DNA of 63,960 nucleotides, filler included, from Octopus bimaculoides (GCF_001194135.2; 6 parts of 5 records of this genome joined end to end with filler, not necessarily neighbours in it); one strand, 5' to 3'; numbered from the whole stretch's first letter, positions 1 to 12,790 are shown. Numbers and translations are program-made. Notes: a model not told the origin generated them from the sequence alone.

Positions 1-55
<55 letters not shown>

Positions 56-414
56 GTGTGTATACAATATGTAAATGTATATATATATGTGTGTGTATGT
101 ACAAATATACATATATCTGTCAGGCACGCAGTGACCGACATCAATGTTATAGTCGAGGCTACTGTGTGTGTGTGTGTGTGTGTGTGTGCGTGCGAACGTG
201 TTCTGTTTTTGTATACTTATGCGTGTAGAATGTAGATATAACAAAAACAATGTCGCATTTTAAACTTGAGAAAATCCTTGTATATTTGTTTTTACCTGTT
301 TGATTTGTGTATGTAAAATCCGTAAATTTCCAAGAAGAAAATGCGATCAACGTCGAAAAAGCCATATTAGTTATAATAGTCCGTGCGTTTTTTTTTGTTT
401 TTTTTTTTAACCAC

Positions 415-554
415 CAAAGTGCCGAATTGTTGCAATATGCATCAAAGAGCCGAAATATTGCAACATGCATCAAAGAGCCGAATTATTGCAATATGCATCA
501 AAGAGCCGAATTGTTGCAATATGCATCAAAGAGCCGAAATATTGCAACATGCAT
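415..554. repeat. 28-bp minisatellite, 5 tandem copies
   Basis: Unit CAAAGAGCCGAATTGTTGCAATATGCAT. Copies 4-5 repeat the variants of copies 1-2. Confidence 0.95.
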
Positions 555-1707
555 GGAGAAAAGGAAGAAATGTAAATTAACACTTACTGTTGATTAAAGG
601 AAATGCGAAAGAAAGAAATATGACAGTGGTTTCTATTAATTTTAAAGTTAAATTAAACAAGATCTGTGGGACTATACGAGAACACGCTCGCACGCGCACA
701 CACACACACAAGAACAAGCACGCACACATACATCACACACACTCACACATTCGCACACACAAGAACAAGCACGCACACACACACACATATACACACACTC
801 ACACACACAAGAACAAGCACGCGCGTGCACACACACACACACACACACGCACGTACACTCCTTAGCTGCCACACCATTAGGAGAAATACAGTATATATTT
901 AAAATATTACAAGCGTTGCCTAAAAAAGTACGAAACTAGAATTGAAAAACGCGAACGCTCAAAAGACTTACAGACTGTCATAATAAAGCTTAAAAAGTAT
1001 GGGACTGGTATTGTTGGTCAAAAATATTGGCATCACTATTTGTTGTACATTCTGTGGCATCCTTTTATCACAAGAAATTTATTTAGTTCATCGAAATTAA
1101 GTTATATTAAAAATTAATCAAGTTAAATTATCGTGTAATCAATTTTAACAAATACTAATGTTATCTTTACGTAATTAATTCAATCTATAAATGATAATTT
1201 TTATAAATTTACAAGTAATCAATCAAAACTAATTTAGTAATAACAATTTGTTTAATTCGCATAACTATGCCATTAATATGTATATCATTATGCGAATTAT
1301 CTTTGCTTATAATAATTTAGGTTTAGTACTTCCGCTGTTATATAGATTCGACTTCATCATAAATCCAGTTTTTATTTTTTTTAAATTTTTATTATCATGG
1401 TAATTTGCATGCTGTGTGAAATATGTTTTTCTATATACTTAAGTATGAAGAGTATTATAATGAATTTACTTATTCGAAGTTAAAGATCCTATTTTGTACA
1501 TTTTCAGATTTTTATATTAAGAACTCGGTTTAATAATTATCGTGACATCGTAATTTACACGTGAGTCTCTTTTCGTTTTAAGATGGCGCAGAATGTACAA
1601 CATATAGTGATTCCAATGTTTGAGCAACGATGCCAATCCCATACTTTTTAAGGTTTATTATGATATTCTGTAACCCTTTTGAGCGTGCGTATTTTTCAGT
1701 TCTAGTG

Positions 1708-1756
<49 letters not shown>

Positions 1757-1847
1757 TTGTGTGTGTGTATACATGCGTGCACGCTTACATACATCATTAT
1801 GTGAATGTAGGCATTTAAGTATGTATGTGTATATAAAAATATTCTTT

Positions 1848-2019
1848 TATTTGTTTCAGTCATTTGACTGCGGCCATGCAGGAGCATCGCTTTTAGTCGA
1901 ACAAATCGACCCCAGGACTTATTCTTTGTAAGCCTAGTACTTATTCTATCAGTCTTTTATGCCGAACCGCTAAGTTACGGGGACATAAGCACATGAGCAT
2001 CGGTTGTCAAGCGATGGTG
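1848..2019 (-). mobile_element. SINE family A (tRNA-headed, internal microsatellite), 3' half
   Basis: Matches other copies in the window (GTTTCAGTCATTTGACTGCGGCCATGC...GCCGAACCGCTAAGTTACGGGGAC) and runs into an N gap. Confidence 0.85.
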
Positions 2020-2401
2020 NNNNNNNNNNNNNNNNNNNNNNNNNNNNNNNNNNNNNNNNNNNNNNNNNNNNNNNNNNNNNNNNNNNNNNNNNNNNNNNNN
2101 NNNNNNNNNNNNNNNNNNNNNNNNNNNNNNNNNNNNNNNNNNNNNNNNNNNNNNNNNNNNNNNNNNNNNNNNNNNNNNNNNNNNNNNNNNNNNNNNNNNN
2201 NNNNNNNNNNNNNNNNNNNNNNNNNNNNNNNNNNNNNNNNNNNNNNNNNNNNNNNNNNNNNNNNNNNNNNNATATATACCAGAGGTGACTCAAGGTCATC
2301 AGCCAGCGTCAATCGGGTTCATCACAGATTCCACATAAGACACATGTATAAAGAATGTAAGAGACGTAATGCCCACCACAGTCTTATATTGCACTGATAA
2401 T

Positions 2402-4300
2402 TCAACAGTAAGCAAGTCTGCTACTCCCAAGGAAAGAATACCACAGAAATATATTTTTAATATAAGAATTATTTCGTTTGTACATGAACTCCAGTCGTCT
2501 TGCTTTCATGACGCACTCGTGTAATATACTGTCATGCAGCTTCTTCTTGTTGTCCAAAATGCTTTTCTCGGTGGAAATACGAACCAGTGAAGACAGCCGT
2601 TCTCGAGCCATTGTGCTTCTCGGATATGACAATTCTATCCAATTTTGAGAAACTCCTCTCATTAGAGACTGATGTTAAGGAGATGGTCAGCACTAGCTTA
2701 ATTAGTTTAATGGATTCCGGCATAGCGGAAGTCAACTCCAGTTTATACAGTAATTCTAAAATGGAGTTGATTGACTGGCACTTTTTGAAATCACTGTCAA
2801 TATACATATATTTTAGCTCGTTCACTAAGCTCTTACTGTCAAAAATACAGGGGTACTTGTTTTCTAGATAGTCCATATGTTGCACGGGAAACGAGTTAGC
2901 AAACTCTTCAAACTTATTAGTCTAGCAATTCAAAAAAGGCATACTCCTGAATGAGAGAAAATCTCTGTCGTAAGGACATTAGACTGTTATCAATTATTTC
3001 AAAATAGGTAGTTTTTAATTAATTTGTGCACCCCTGACTCTTTTTCTAAGAGAGGGATCTGACTCATCTGCTTGTTCAGTGACAGCAGCTGTATCGCGCA
3101 GAATGTTTTCATAATGTTCGTCCTTACGATAACCTTCAGCACAATGAATGAAGTCATTTAGTTTACTGTGACCATGCTTTATGTCGAGTGGCTTAAACTG
3201 TAGAATATCAAAGACTTTTTCAGCCTGAGAAAGGTATGTTATGAAAGCAATTGATGAAAAACATGAATGTGAAATCATTCAACTTTGCCAATAGATTGTC
3301 TCTTTAACAAAGTGTATCTTCATTCCAAGAGCCTAGAATACTTGTGAAGGCATTTTTCAAGTTTTCCTGCAGTTTTATGTATGACACAGTTCTTGATCTA
3401 TAGCACCATCTTGTTTCGCACAGTGATGAAATACTGACAATAAACTGCCTGAAAACGTTTTTCCGCTTGGTACTGGAAAATGTAAATTTACTAAATGCGC
3501 GAAACTGAGGAAATAAAAAAAACATGTTTACCCTACTCACCTTCTCGGTACTTTTACTCAAGACTAAGTTTAAGTTTATGCACATAGCAGTGATTAAAAT
3601 GCGCGTGTTTAAATCCTTTATCCCTTAGATTGCTCTGTACGCCGTTTAGTGTTCCTGTCCTTGCAGCTGCTCTGTCGTAAGTCTGGCTCACTAATTTATC
3701 TGTAGTGTCACTGAAGGAGTTCAAAACACTTGCGATCGCATTAGCCAGTCTTGTAGCACTTCTATCATCACTGACTTCATAGAATCTAAGAAATCGTTCA
3801 TGCTAATTTCCTCTAGTATGGCTGTGACTTCCTACATCATGTCCACGTAAAGGCAACTCTTGTTCACACAGATATAACACTGCATTTGTTAACCGCTTTA
3901 AATATTGTCTATTTTCTTCAGCTGCTTTGTTTTGCCGTTGTTTCCCCCCAGTTTAGCAGACTCGCTAATAGCTGTCACAATATCGTGCAGTTCGAAAGTT
4001 TTCAAGCTTTTATAACTACTTAAACGACTCACTGATTTACTGTGATACTGACGGTCACTCGAGATGTTTTTATAATTATTATAGCCTCCGTCTGTCCACG
4101 ACTGATTAGCTTTCGGTTGAAACAACAACCATGGCCAGCAGCGGAGTTTCTTTGTAACGCTACTTGCACAAAGAAATTCAGTCTGTTCGTACCATTTTAA
4201 CTGGAATGTTCAAGTTCCAACTTTAGTTTTCAATGAAAGAGTCGTTCTACCTGCTCGAAGAATTTCACGTTTCCCCGCAATATTTCTAGCCCCAAAAAGG
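2402..4300 (-). mobile_element. Degenerate hAT transposase (ZMYM1-like, with TTF-type zinc finger and hAT dimerisation domain)
   Basis: N-terminal FQLKWYEQTEFLCASSVTKKLRCWPWLLF...WTDGGYNNYKNI. C-terminal LVLTISLTSVSNERSFSKL and RSTMARERLSSLVRISTEK. Many stops and frameshifts. Confidence 0.85.
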
Positions 4301-4445
4301 TCTTCTTTGTTTCTAATATTCTATGAAAACATGTTTGGGCATAGTGAAATATTATCGAACTTTGAAACAGGTGAGGATTGGCAACAGGATGGGTATCCAG
4401 CAGTACTACATCTGTCTGAACCATGTGAGTGAAGAAAGGTTGAAA

Positions 4446-4485
<40 letters not shown>

Positions 4486-5031
4486 NNNNNNNNNNNNNNN
4501 NNNNNNNNNNNNNNNNNNNNNNNNNNNNNNNNNNNNNNNNNNNNNNNNNNNNNNNNNNNNNNNNNNNNNNNNNNNNNNNNNNNNNNNNNNNNNNNNNNNN
4601 NNNNNNNNNNNNNNNNNNNNNNNNNNNNNNNNNNNNNNNNNNNNNNNNNNNNNNNNNNNNNNNNNNNNNNNNNNNNNNNNNNNNNNNNNNNNNNNNNNNN
4701 NNNNNNNNNNNNNNNNNNNNNNNNNNNNNNNNNNNNNNNNNNNNNNNNNNNNNNNNNNNNNNNNNNNNNNNNNNNNNNNNNNNNNNNNNNNNNNNNNNNN
4801 NNNNNNNNNNNNNNNNNNNNNNNNNNNNNNNNNNNNNNNNNNNNNNNNNNNNNNNNNNNNNNNNNNNNNNNNNNNNNNNNNNNNNNNNNNNNNNNNNNNN
4901 NNNNNNNNNNNNNNNNNNNNNNNNNNNNNNNNNNNNNNNNNNNNNNNNNNNNNNNNNNNNNNNNNNNNNNNNNNNNNNNNNNNNNNNNNTATATATATAT
5001 ATTTATGTGTGTCTGTGTGTGTGTATATATA

Positions 5032-5067
<36 letters not shown>

Positions 5068-5095
5068 TGTATGTATGTATATGTGTGTATATGCT

Positions 5096-5280
5096 TGTGT
5101 GTCTGTGTTTGTCCCCCCAACATCGCTTGACAACCGATGGTGATGTGTTTACGTCAAAAGAGACCGATAGAATAAGTACCAGAATAAGTCCTGGGGTCGA
5201 TTTGCTCGACAAAAAGGCGGTGCTCCAGCATGGCCGCAGTCAAATGACTGAAACAAGTAAACGAGTAAAAGAGTAAAGAG
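5096..5280 (+). mobile_element. SINE family A, 3' half
   Basis: GTTTGTCCCCCCAACATCGCTTGACAACCG...GCATGGCCGCAGTCAAATGACTGAAACAAGTAA, preceded by (TATG)n. Confidence 0.9.
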
Positions 5281-5314
5281 TATATAATATACGACAGGCT
5301 TGTTTTTTTTTTTC

Positions 5315-5455
5315 GTCTACCCAATCCACTCACAAGACTTTGGTCGGACCGAGGCCGTAGTAAAAGACACTTGCCCAAGGTGCCATACTGTGGAACTTAA
5401 CCAGGAAGCATGTGGCTCAGTAGCAAACCTCTTACAACACAGTCATACCAGCGTC
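5315..5455 (-). mobile_element. SINE family A, 5' half (tRNA-like head)
   Basis: CCAATCCACTCACAAGACTTTGGTCGG...GACACTTGCCCAAGGTGCCA matches the heads of other copies. Confidence 0.8.
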
Positions 5456-5505
5456 TATACTAATCGACATAAACTACATTGATCAAAGAGAATTTTTAGG
5501 ACTGC

Positions 5506-5708
5506 ATGCTCGGACAGGATGTTGGTGACAGACATTCTGTCTAGAGAGAGAGGGGATCGGCTCACTAGCGATAACAGTTAGATTTTGTGCGCGAGCGCGC
5601 GTGCGTTGTGTATATTGTATACGCATACTGAGCTAACTGGTGTCGCTAGCGAACCGAGCCCCTCTCTCATGACGGAAGAACATCGCCACCAACATCCTGT
5701 CCAAGCAA
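5506..5708. mobile_element. Foldback/MITE-like element with ~75-bp imperfect inverted arms
   Basis: Left arm (5506-5581) GCTCGGACAGGATGTTGGTG...AGAGAGGGGATCGGCTCACTAGCGATAACAGTTAG is the approximate reverse complement of 5633-5708. Confidence 0.8.
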
Positions 5709-5867
5709 TTCTATACAGTAACTGATGTCGCTTCTAACTTGATAACATCATATGATCTGCGTTGACCTACCGAAGTTCTATAGCCGGAAGCCAGTTTGAT
5801 CTCCTCCTCAATTGGTTCTACGAGCCTGGCGAATTTATTGTTCGTTTGACGAGTCTACGAAACCCTG

Positions 5868-5893
5868 AGTAATTGATTCTAGAATCAATTACT
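5868..5893. repeat. Perfect 26-bp palindrome
   Basis: AGTAATTGATTCT|AGAATCAATTACT. Confidence 0.95.
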
Positions 5894-6744
5894 AGCCTGA
5901 TAGACTCGGCTATGTCAAGATGGACTTATGTATTCTTCCTCCCACTTGGATTTTTATGTATTCTCTCTCCCACTTGGATTTGAAATGTTGCCACATTTAT
6001 AATATGTCTTTTCTACAGTAATTTTTCTGCATTTTCGTGCAGCTGAAGATTGCTCTTCATATTGCATTTAATGTCATGCTCGCATTACTTAAATAAATTG
6101 GAGTAGCATGAAACGTGCGTACTGCAATCACCTTTGAAATCCGTGTTGNNNNNNNNNNNNNNNNNNNNNNNNNNNNNNNNNNNNNNNNNNNNNNNNNNNN
6201 NNNNNNNNNNNNNNNNNNNNNNNNNNNNNNNNNNNNNNNNNNNNNNNNNNNNNNNNNNNNNNNNNNNNNNNNNNNNNNNNNNNNNNNNNNNNNNNNNNNN
6301 NNNNNNNNNNNNNNNNNNNNNNNNNNNNNNNNNNNNNNNNNNNNNNNNNNNNNNNNNNNNNNNNNNNNNNNNNNNNNNNNNNNNNNNNNNNNNNNNNNNN
6401 NNNNNNNNNNNNNNNNNNNNNNNNNNNNNNNNNNNNNNNNNNNNNNNNNNNNNNNNNNNNNNNNNNNNNNNNNNNNNNNNNNNNNNNNNNNNNNNNNNNN
6501 NNNNNNNNNNNNNNNNNNNNNNNNNNNNNNNNNNNNNNNNNNNNNNNNNNNNNNNNNNNNNNNNNNNNNNNNNNNNNNNNNNNNNNNNNNNNNNNNNNNN
6601 NNNNNNNNNNNNNNNNNNNNNNNNNNNNNNNNNNNNNNNNNNNNNNNNNNNNNNNNNNNNNNNNNNNNNNNNNNNNNNNNCGTTTCGAGCCTACGCCGTT
6701 CCACAGAAAGGAACACAGAAAGAAACAAGGAGAGAAAATAAAGA

Positions 6745-6828
<84 letters not shown>

Positions 6829-7437
6829 CTGTGTGCATGTATGTGATTGTTCGGTTTTATTTCATGATTTCGTGTCAATAGAGAAAGGGCTGGTTTCTAA
6901 ACTAGATCCAAGGCTCCTTCCCTAGAATTTCAACATCAACAACAAGGTATTTTTGTTTGTATGTACGTACGTATGTATGTATGTATGTATGTATGTATGT
7001 ATGTATGTATATGGATATATGCATATATTTCTGTGTATACATACACACTATATATCGCAATATGAAAAGCCATACCATCGAGTCAAGGTCGCAAAAGACC
7101 CTCGTCAAAATGACCTAGAATTCATTTTAGGTGGAATATAGAATGTAAATAAACACCACAACTACGATGCAAAGTGATTGAATGAGCTTTCCTGGAACAT
7201 ATAATACCATAAGTGAAAGTCTCTCGACGGTTGCTGGAGAACTACCAGGCAGGAAATCACCTGGGAGACTGGGTGACGTATATATACGTCGGTTGTTGGT
7301 TTGGAAAGCTCACGTTCTACAGAATAGCTATCGCTAATGTGCGCAATATATTTAAGAGAATTTGTTCGCTTTCTCTAGCATGTCAGGTGACGATATGAAA
7401 CTCCTTTGTTAGCTCATTATGTCCGTCCGTCCGTCCA

Positions 7438-7478
<41 letters not shown>

Positions 7479-7489
7479 ANNNNNNNNNN

Positions 7490-7534
<45 letters not shown>

Positions 7535-7750
7535 ATGTGTTTGGATGGTGCTAAAGTAGCTGTATTTAGTCATGCCGCTTTATGTTCTGATTTCACATCT
7601 TGTGCAGAAAGCAAGGAATAGGTAGATTATATCATCGCTACTCTTTCTTCAAATGTGATTTTATGTCAATGTTAGAAATCAATATTTATACCTGAAATAT
7701 TTTCACCTTTTGTACGTTTTTTTTTTTTGTTTTTTTGTTTTTTTCTCCAG

Positions 7751-7989
7751 TTCAAAGACGGAAAAGGAAAGAGAACCGTCCTCGACGTCAACGTACGACA
7801 TTCACCAGTGAGCAGACACTGAAGTTAGAACTGGAGTATAACCGAACTGAATATATCACACGACCTCGACGATTTGAATTGGCTGAGATGTTGAACTTGA
7901 CAGAAACTCAGATCAAGATTTGGTTCCAGAACCGAAGAGCGAAAGACAAACGGATCGAAAAGGCACAAATGGATCAGCAGATGAGGTAG
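7751..7989 (+). CDS. ro: Homeobox exon of rough (Ro family, ANTP class) transcription factor
   Basis: [68 protein letters not shown] matches my recall of the Drosophila rough homeodomain and its KDKRIEKAQ tail. Poly-T + CTCCAG acceptor at 7749-7750 (phase 1). It ends either at donor AG|GTAGGC after 7985 or at TAG 7987-7989. The first exon was not found. Confidence 0.92.
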
Positions 7990-8492
7990 GCTTTGTTCTG
8001 TGTATCAATAATACGACTGGGGCTAATCTCGACGAAGCTTTCTGACATATTAAATACAATAAACCAATAGGGCGTTCTATATGTAACGCACTGGATTATA
8101 AACCTTCGATTAACTCAGACGATCTATGCAATTAACTAAACCAAAGCACTCTCTTAGTACAGTTACATCTTTTTGAAGGGGAGGTAACTCTAATACAACA
8201 AATAAATTGAAGATCCTTTCTATTATAGGCACACAAGTTCCATATTATTGTTACTTTCCTAACTTAAATATCTAAAGAGGGAATTTTTGTTTACTAACTG
8301 GATAGATAGCGTTTGCTAATCGAAAGCTCTCACTATGTTACATTTGTAAGATATATACAGTGTTTGTCAATGTGTACAATTGTTATAAGTGTGTGTACGT
8401 GCGTGTGTGCATGCGTGTGTGCGTGTATGTGTATGTATGTGTGTGTCTGTGTATATATACGTACATATATATGTATTTATGTTTATGCAAAT

Positions 8493-8525
<33 letters not shown>

Positions 8526-9299
8526 ATCTAATTATATAATTCACATTACTTCATATATTCTTGGTTAACTGCTTAAAATTTCGTTTCTTGATTGTTTCTC
8601 GCTCCTTTTCAGCCAATAATACCCACCCTATTACGTGTGTAGAATCAAGGTATAAATTTGATCTTTTTAGGACATACTTATGCTATATACATGCGCGGAT
8701 GCACGCACGCACACACACACACACACACACACCTACACACACGCATACACAGGCACATATCTCTGTATTTATACATATACATACCTGTAAATTTCAGTGC
8801 GCGTGTAATCAAGTACTGCTATCTCGATTGAGACAGCACAGTAGCTATTCATTGTTTAGAACGTGTAAATCCATGTCTATCCAAATTTCAATGAAGTATT
8901 AAGCCTTATTTTATCGTGTGAGTTTTACTTGATATAATATACATATGAATAATTATCCGAGCATTGAGTAAAACAGAAGAGTTGGTATAAGTGATCTACT
9001 TAATGTTACGTGCGTTTCACAAGCCAGATCCTCAGTGGAATATTGTAATTCAATCATATATATAGGTCGGTTGACAGTACTGAATTAAATTACAATATTC
9101 CTCTGAAGATCTGGCATTTTAATTCTATTATGTAACCGTTTACGTAACGAATGTCGTATTATGTACAAATTTTCGCCATTGAAATACATGTAGGATTAAG
9201 TGACTCATAATATTGTAATAAAACACTCAAACCAAATCTTTTATTATGCCTTTGAATATATCCATTGTACATACATATATAAATACATACATACATGCA

Positions 9300-9330
9300 T
9301 ATATATATATATATTATGTATATGTGTATA

Positions 9331-9422
<92 letters not shown>
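9300..9422. repeat. (TA)n microsatellite
   Basis: Long direct TA run. Confidence 0.95.
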
Positions 9423-9426
<4 letters not shown>

Positions 9427-9480
9427 CATCATGATCATCATTATCATCTTTATTATTCTTATCATCATCATCATCATCAT

Positions 9481-9761
9481 AAAACTTTATACTGCTGGGT
9501 ATGATGGACAGTGTCAGCTGTCCACAGCCAGCAGACTAAGGTGACACTTGTTTATTGGTCATGCTTCAAGAACCCTGCCAAGAATTCTTGCAGTTCCAAG
9601 CAATACCGATTTTCGTACGCGTTCTACCTCCACACTTGCACCGATCTTTTCCAGCTACGTTGGTAGTTGAGTGCTGATACTTCCAAAGTCTACCAATTAC
9701 AATTGGTATCACGTCTATTCTCTTCATTGACCCCAGACCTTCGTATTTTGCCGCATACGCA

Positions 9762-9763
<2 letters not shown>
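9481..9763 (-). mobile_element. R4/Dong-like RLE non-LTR retrotransposon, 5'-truncated 3' end
   Basis: Minus strand reads LEKIGASVEVERVRKSVLLGTARILGRVLEA* plus a 3' UTR. Flanked by (AAT)n on one side and (GAT)n on the other. Confidence 0.8.
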
Positions 9764-9827
<64 letters not shown>

Positions 9828-9846
9828 CATAATATCTATAGATATT

Positions 9847-10108
9847 CTTTTACCTTTTAATTGTTTCAGTCATTTAGAACGCGGCCATGCTGGGGCACCG
9901 CCTCGAAGAATTTTTAGTCGAATGAATTGACCCCAGTGCTTATTTTACATCCCCAGGTTACGGGGATGTAAACACACCAACACCGGTTTTCATGTGGACA
10001 GACACGAACACACACACACACGCATGCACGCACGCGCGCGCTAGCGTCCAATAACACTATCCGTATCACGTCCTCACTTTGTTGTTTTTCTGTTATTGTT
10101 TTTTTGAA

Positions 10109-10141
<33 letters not shown>

Positions 10142-10282
10142 GACGGGATTTTTTCATTTTCTGTCTCCCATATCCACTCACAAGGTTTTGGTCTGTTCGA
10201 AGCTATAGTAGAATGCACTTACCCAAGGTGTCACTCAGTGAGACTGAACTCGGAATTATGTGGTTGGGAAGCAAGCTTGATC
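9847..10282 (-). mobile_element. SINE family A, near full-length, with internal (CA)n/(TA)n
   Basis: Both halves present with a microsatellite spacer. Confidence 0.8.
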
Positions 10283-10861
10283 AGTAATACTTTGAGTTAC
10301 TTAGAGTTTCATGGTATCCGGCTCCGAACGGCGCCTCAATAACGCTACCTATAACATAAACAACTGATGGAATCCTTCTTCAGTTGTCTTTGAGCACGGA
10401 GAAAAGTTTTATTCATTTCTGTTTGGAACATTAAAGATATTCTGGAAAAAAGTTGGAGTAGACACTTGGTGTTCCAACAGCAGGTACACACTTAGAGTAG
10501 GCCTTGAGAGAAGACACTTGGAGCACGCGTTCAACTTGAAAAAAGTCTAGTCTGTTTCTTAGTTTTACTTTTCCTCGTGTTCTAAGAAATGTCAGGAGGT
10601 CGCTTCGGTAGGTAGAGATTGTTCAGAAAAGAATAGAAAAAATCCAAACTCATCCTGCTCAGGATGTCGAGCGGCCTCCCGAAGAACTTACGCTCCTAGA
10701 AGAAATACTTACAGGGGACAAGCTGCTTAGTAACAAATTGGGAGCCTTCATCTATTTTTTCATCCATTTCTTCATAAAGTATGATATTAAAAATGTTCAA
10801 ACTGAACGTCAAACAACATGGAAGGACTTGAGAGAAGATGGACTATCCAGATAAAAATACT

Positions 10862-11070
10862 GGTTTCAAATTTTGGCACAAAGCCAGCAACCTCAGGGGT
10901 GGGGCTAAGTCGATTACATCGATACCAGTGCTCAAATGGTACTTATTTTATCGACCCCCAAAAGGATGAAAGGCAAAGTCGACCCCAACGGCTTTTGAAT
11001 CTAGAACGTGAAAAAAAAAACCGACGAGTTGCTGCTAAGCATTTTACTCGGCGTGCTTACAATTCTGCCA
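10862..11070 (-). mobile_element. SINE family B (tRNA-like head)
   Basis: GGTTTCAAATTTTGGCACAAAGCCAGC...GGATGAAAGGCAAAGTCGACC...AATTCTGCCAGC. Same family at 19672, 26020, 28375 and 51266. Confidence 0.85.
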
Positions 11071-11859
11071 GCATGTCGCTTGTACAAAAAATAGAAGACA
11101 AAACAAAAAGAAGCAGTATGTTTAAAAAGGCAGCATCAGCAGAACAATAAAATAACAATAGCAGCAAGAGCAATAATTACAACAATAACAATAAGAACAA
11201 CAAATAGAACAAAAATCCCAACAACTACATTCCATACAACAGTAATAAGAACAGTCACAATAATATCAAACGGTTTTTATTAGCAATTTTGTTATGATAA
11301 TTATTATTACCGTTGTAAATGGGCCTAGCCTGAACATATACCTGAAAGCCGGTGAGGATGAGGAGTGAGGTGCCTGCCTGGAGTGCCCTTGGCGGTCAGG
11401 ATGACCAGGATGTGTCGGATTCCTTGGTTGGCCCTGAGTGGAACACCCTACCCCTTAGGGGAATTTTATTGCTTAAATTTTGTTGTTAATTGTTATCGTT
11501 TTTGTGCTAGGCCCCACTTGGCGCTTGTTTTGTACTGTGCGTTAACTTGTTTTCCGTTCGATCCTTGTGGCCTATAAAAAAATATAGTATATACCACTAC
11601 TACCGTCACCACCACTGCCACCATTACTACTTCCACCTCCACCACCACTACCACTATTAGTTCTTTTGTGTTTGTTTTTGCTGTTGTTCTACAAACACCA
11701 ATATTAATCTTGTTATTTTCATGGTCGTCCCTTCTACTTCCAAAGCCCGCTACACAACTCCCACCACCACCACCACCACCACCGCTACCCTTCACTATAT
11801 GATCACCTCCCACTGCCACCACCACTGCAAGTCAATCACCAGAAATCACAGCAACTGAT

Positions 11860-12663
11860 AAACACTTCATTTATTTATTCTTCTTTCTCTTTTCTTTCTT
11901 TCTTTCTTTTTTCTTTCTTTATTTTTTCTTTCTTTCTTTTTTCTTTCTTGCTTTTCTCTTTCTTTCTTTCTTCTCACCTGATTTTCTTCACATTTAATCT
12001 TTCTTTTCGTTCTTTCTCTCGTTCAGATTTTCCTCGCCCCCCCCCCCTATATTTCAACTTTCTTCAATTTAATTACTCCATTTATTTATATTATTTCTTC
12101 CTCATTCCATCTGGCTTGTGTGTGTGTGTGTTTGTGTATTTGTATGTGAGTGTGTGTGTGTGTGTGTGTGTGTTAGTGAGTGTGTGTGTGTGTGTGTGTG
12201 TGTGTATGATTACCAGTGTGTGTGTTTCATTCGGTCTGTATGTCACTTAGTGTGTATGTGTTGGTGCCACTGTGTGTGTCTGTGTATGCCTGTATAGGTG
12301 TTAGTATGCGTGTGTACGTGTGGACGTGATTGGGTGTATATATGTGTTGGAGTATGTCACTGCCAGTGTGTGGTTGCATGTGCGTGTGCAATTATGTGTG
12401 TGTGGTTGCATGTGTGTGTGTGTGTGTGTATTGTATTCTCTGAACCTTTTTCTTCTCTCATTTCTCGAATACTTTTTCACTTCCTCACATTACTTCTCTT
12501 TCCCTCTCTCTCTCTCCCCACCCCTCATTGTCCCACTCTCTTTACTCTCTCATTCTCAGCCTCTCTATCTCACTCCCTCATTCACTCTCCCTTCCTCTCT
12601 TCCTTCATTCTCTTTCTCACTCACTAATTCTCTCCCACATCACCTCGCCCTTTCAGTCTCTTC

Positions 12664-12695
<32 letters not shown>

Positions 12696-12790
12696 ACTTT
12701 CTCCCTTTCCTTCACTTTCTTTCTCCTTCACTCTCTTACTCTCTCTCCCTCAAACATTATCTCTCTCTCCTTACTCCCCCCCCCAACACT
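11860..12790. repeat. Compound low-complexity tract: (TTTC)n, (TG)n, (CT)n
   Basis: Direct simple repeats that account for the spurious ORFs here. Confidence 0.9.

Noticed and set aside
415-554. CRISPR-like array
   Set aside because: Units are head-to-tail with no unique spacers, in a eukaryotic context with no cas genes.
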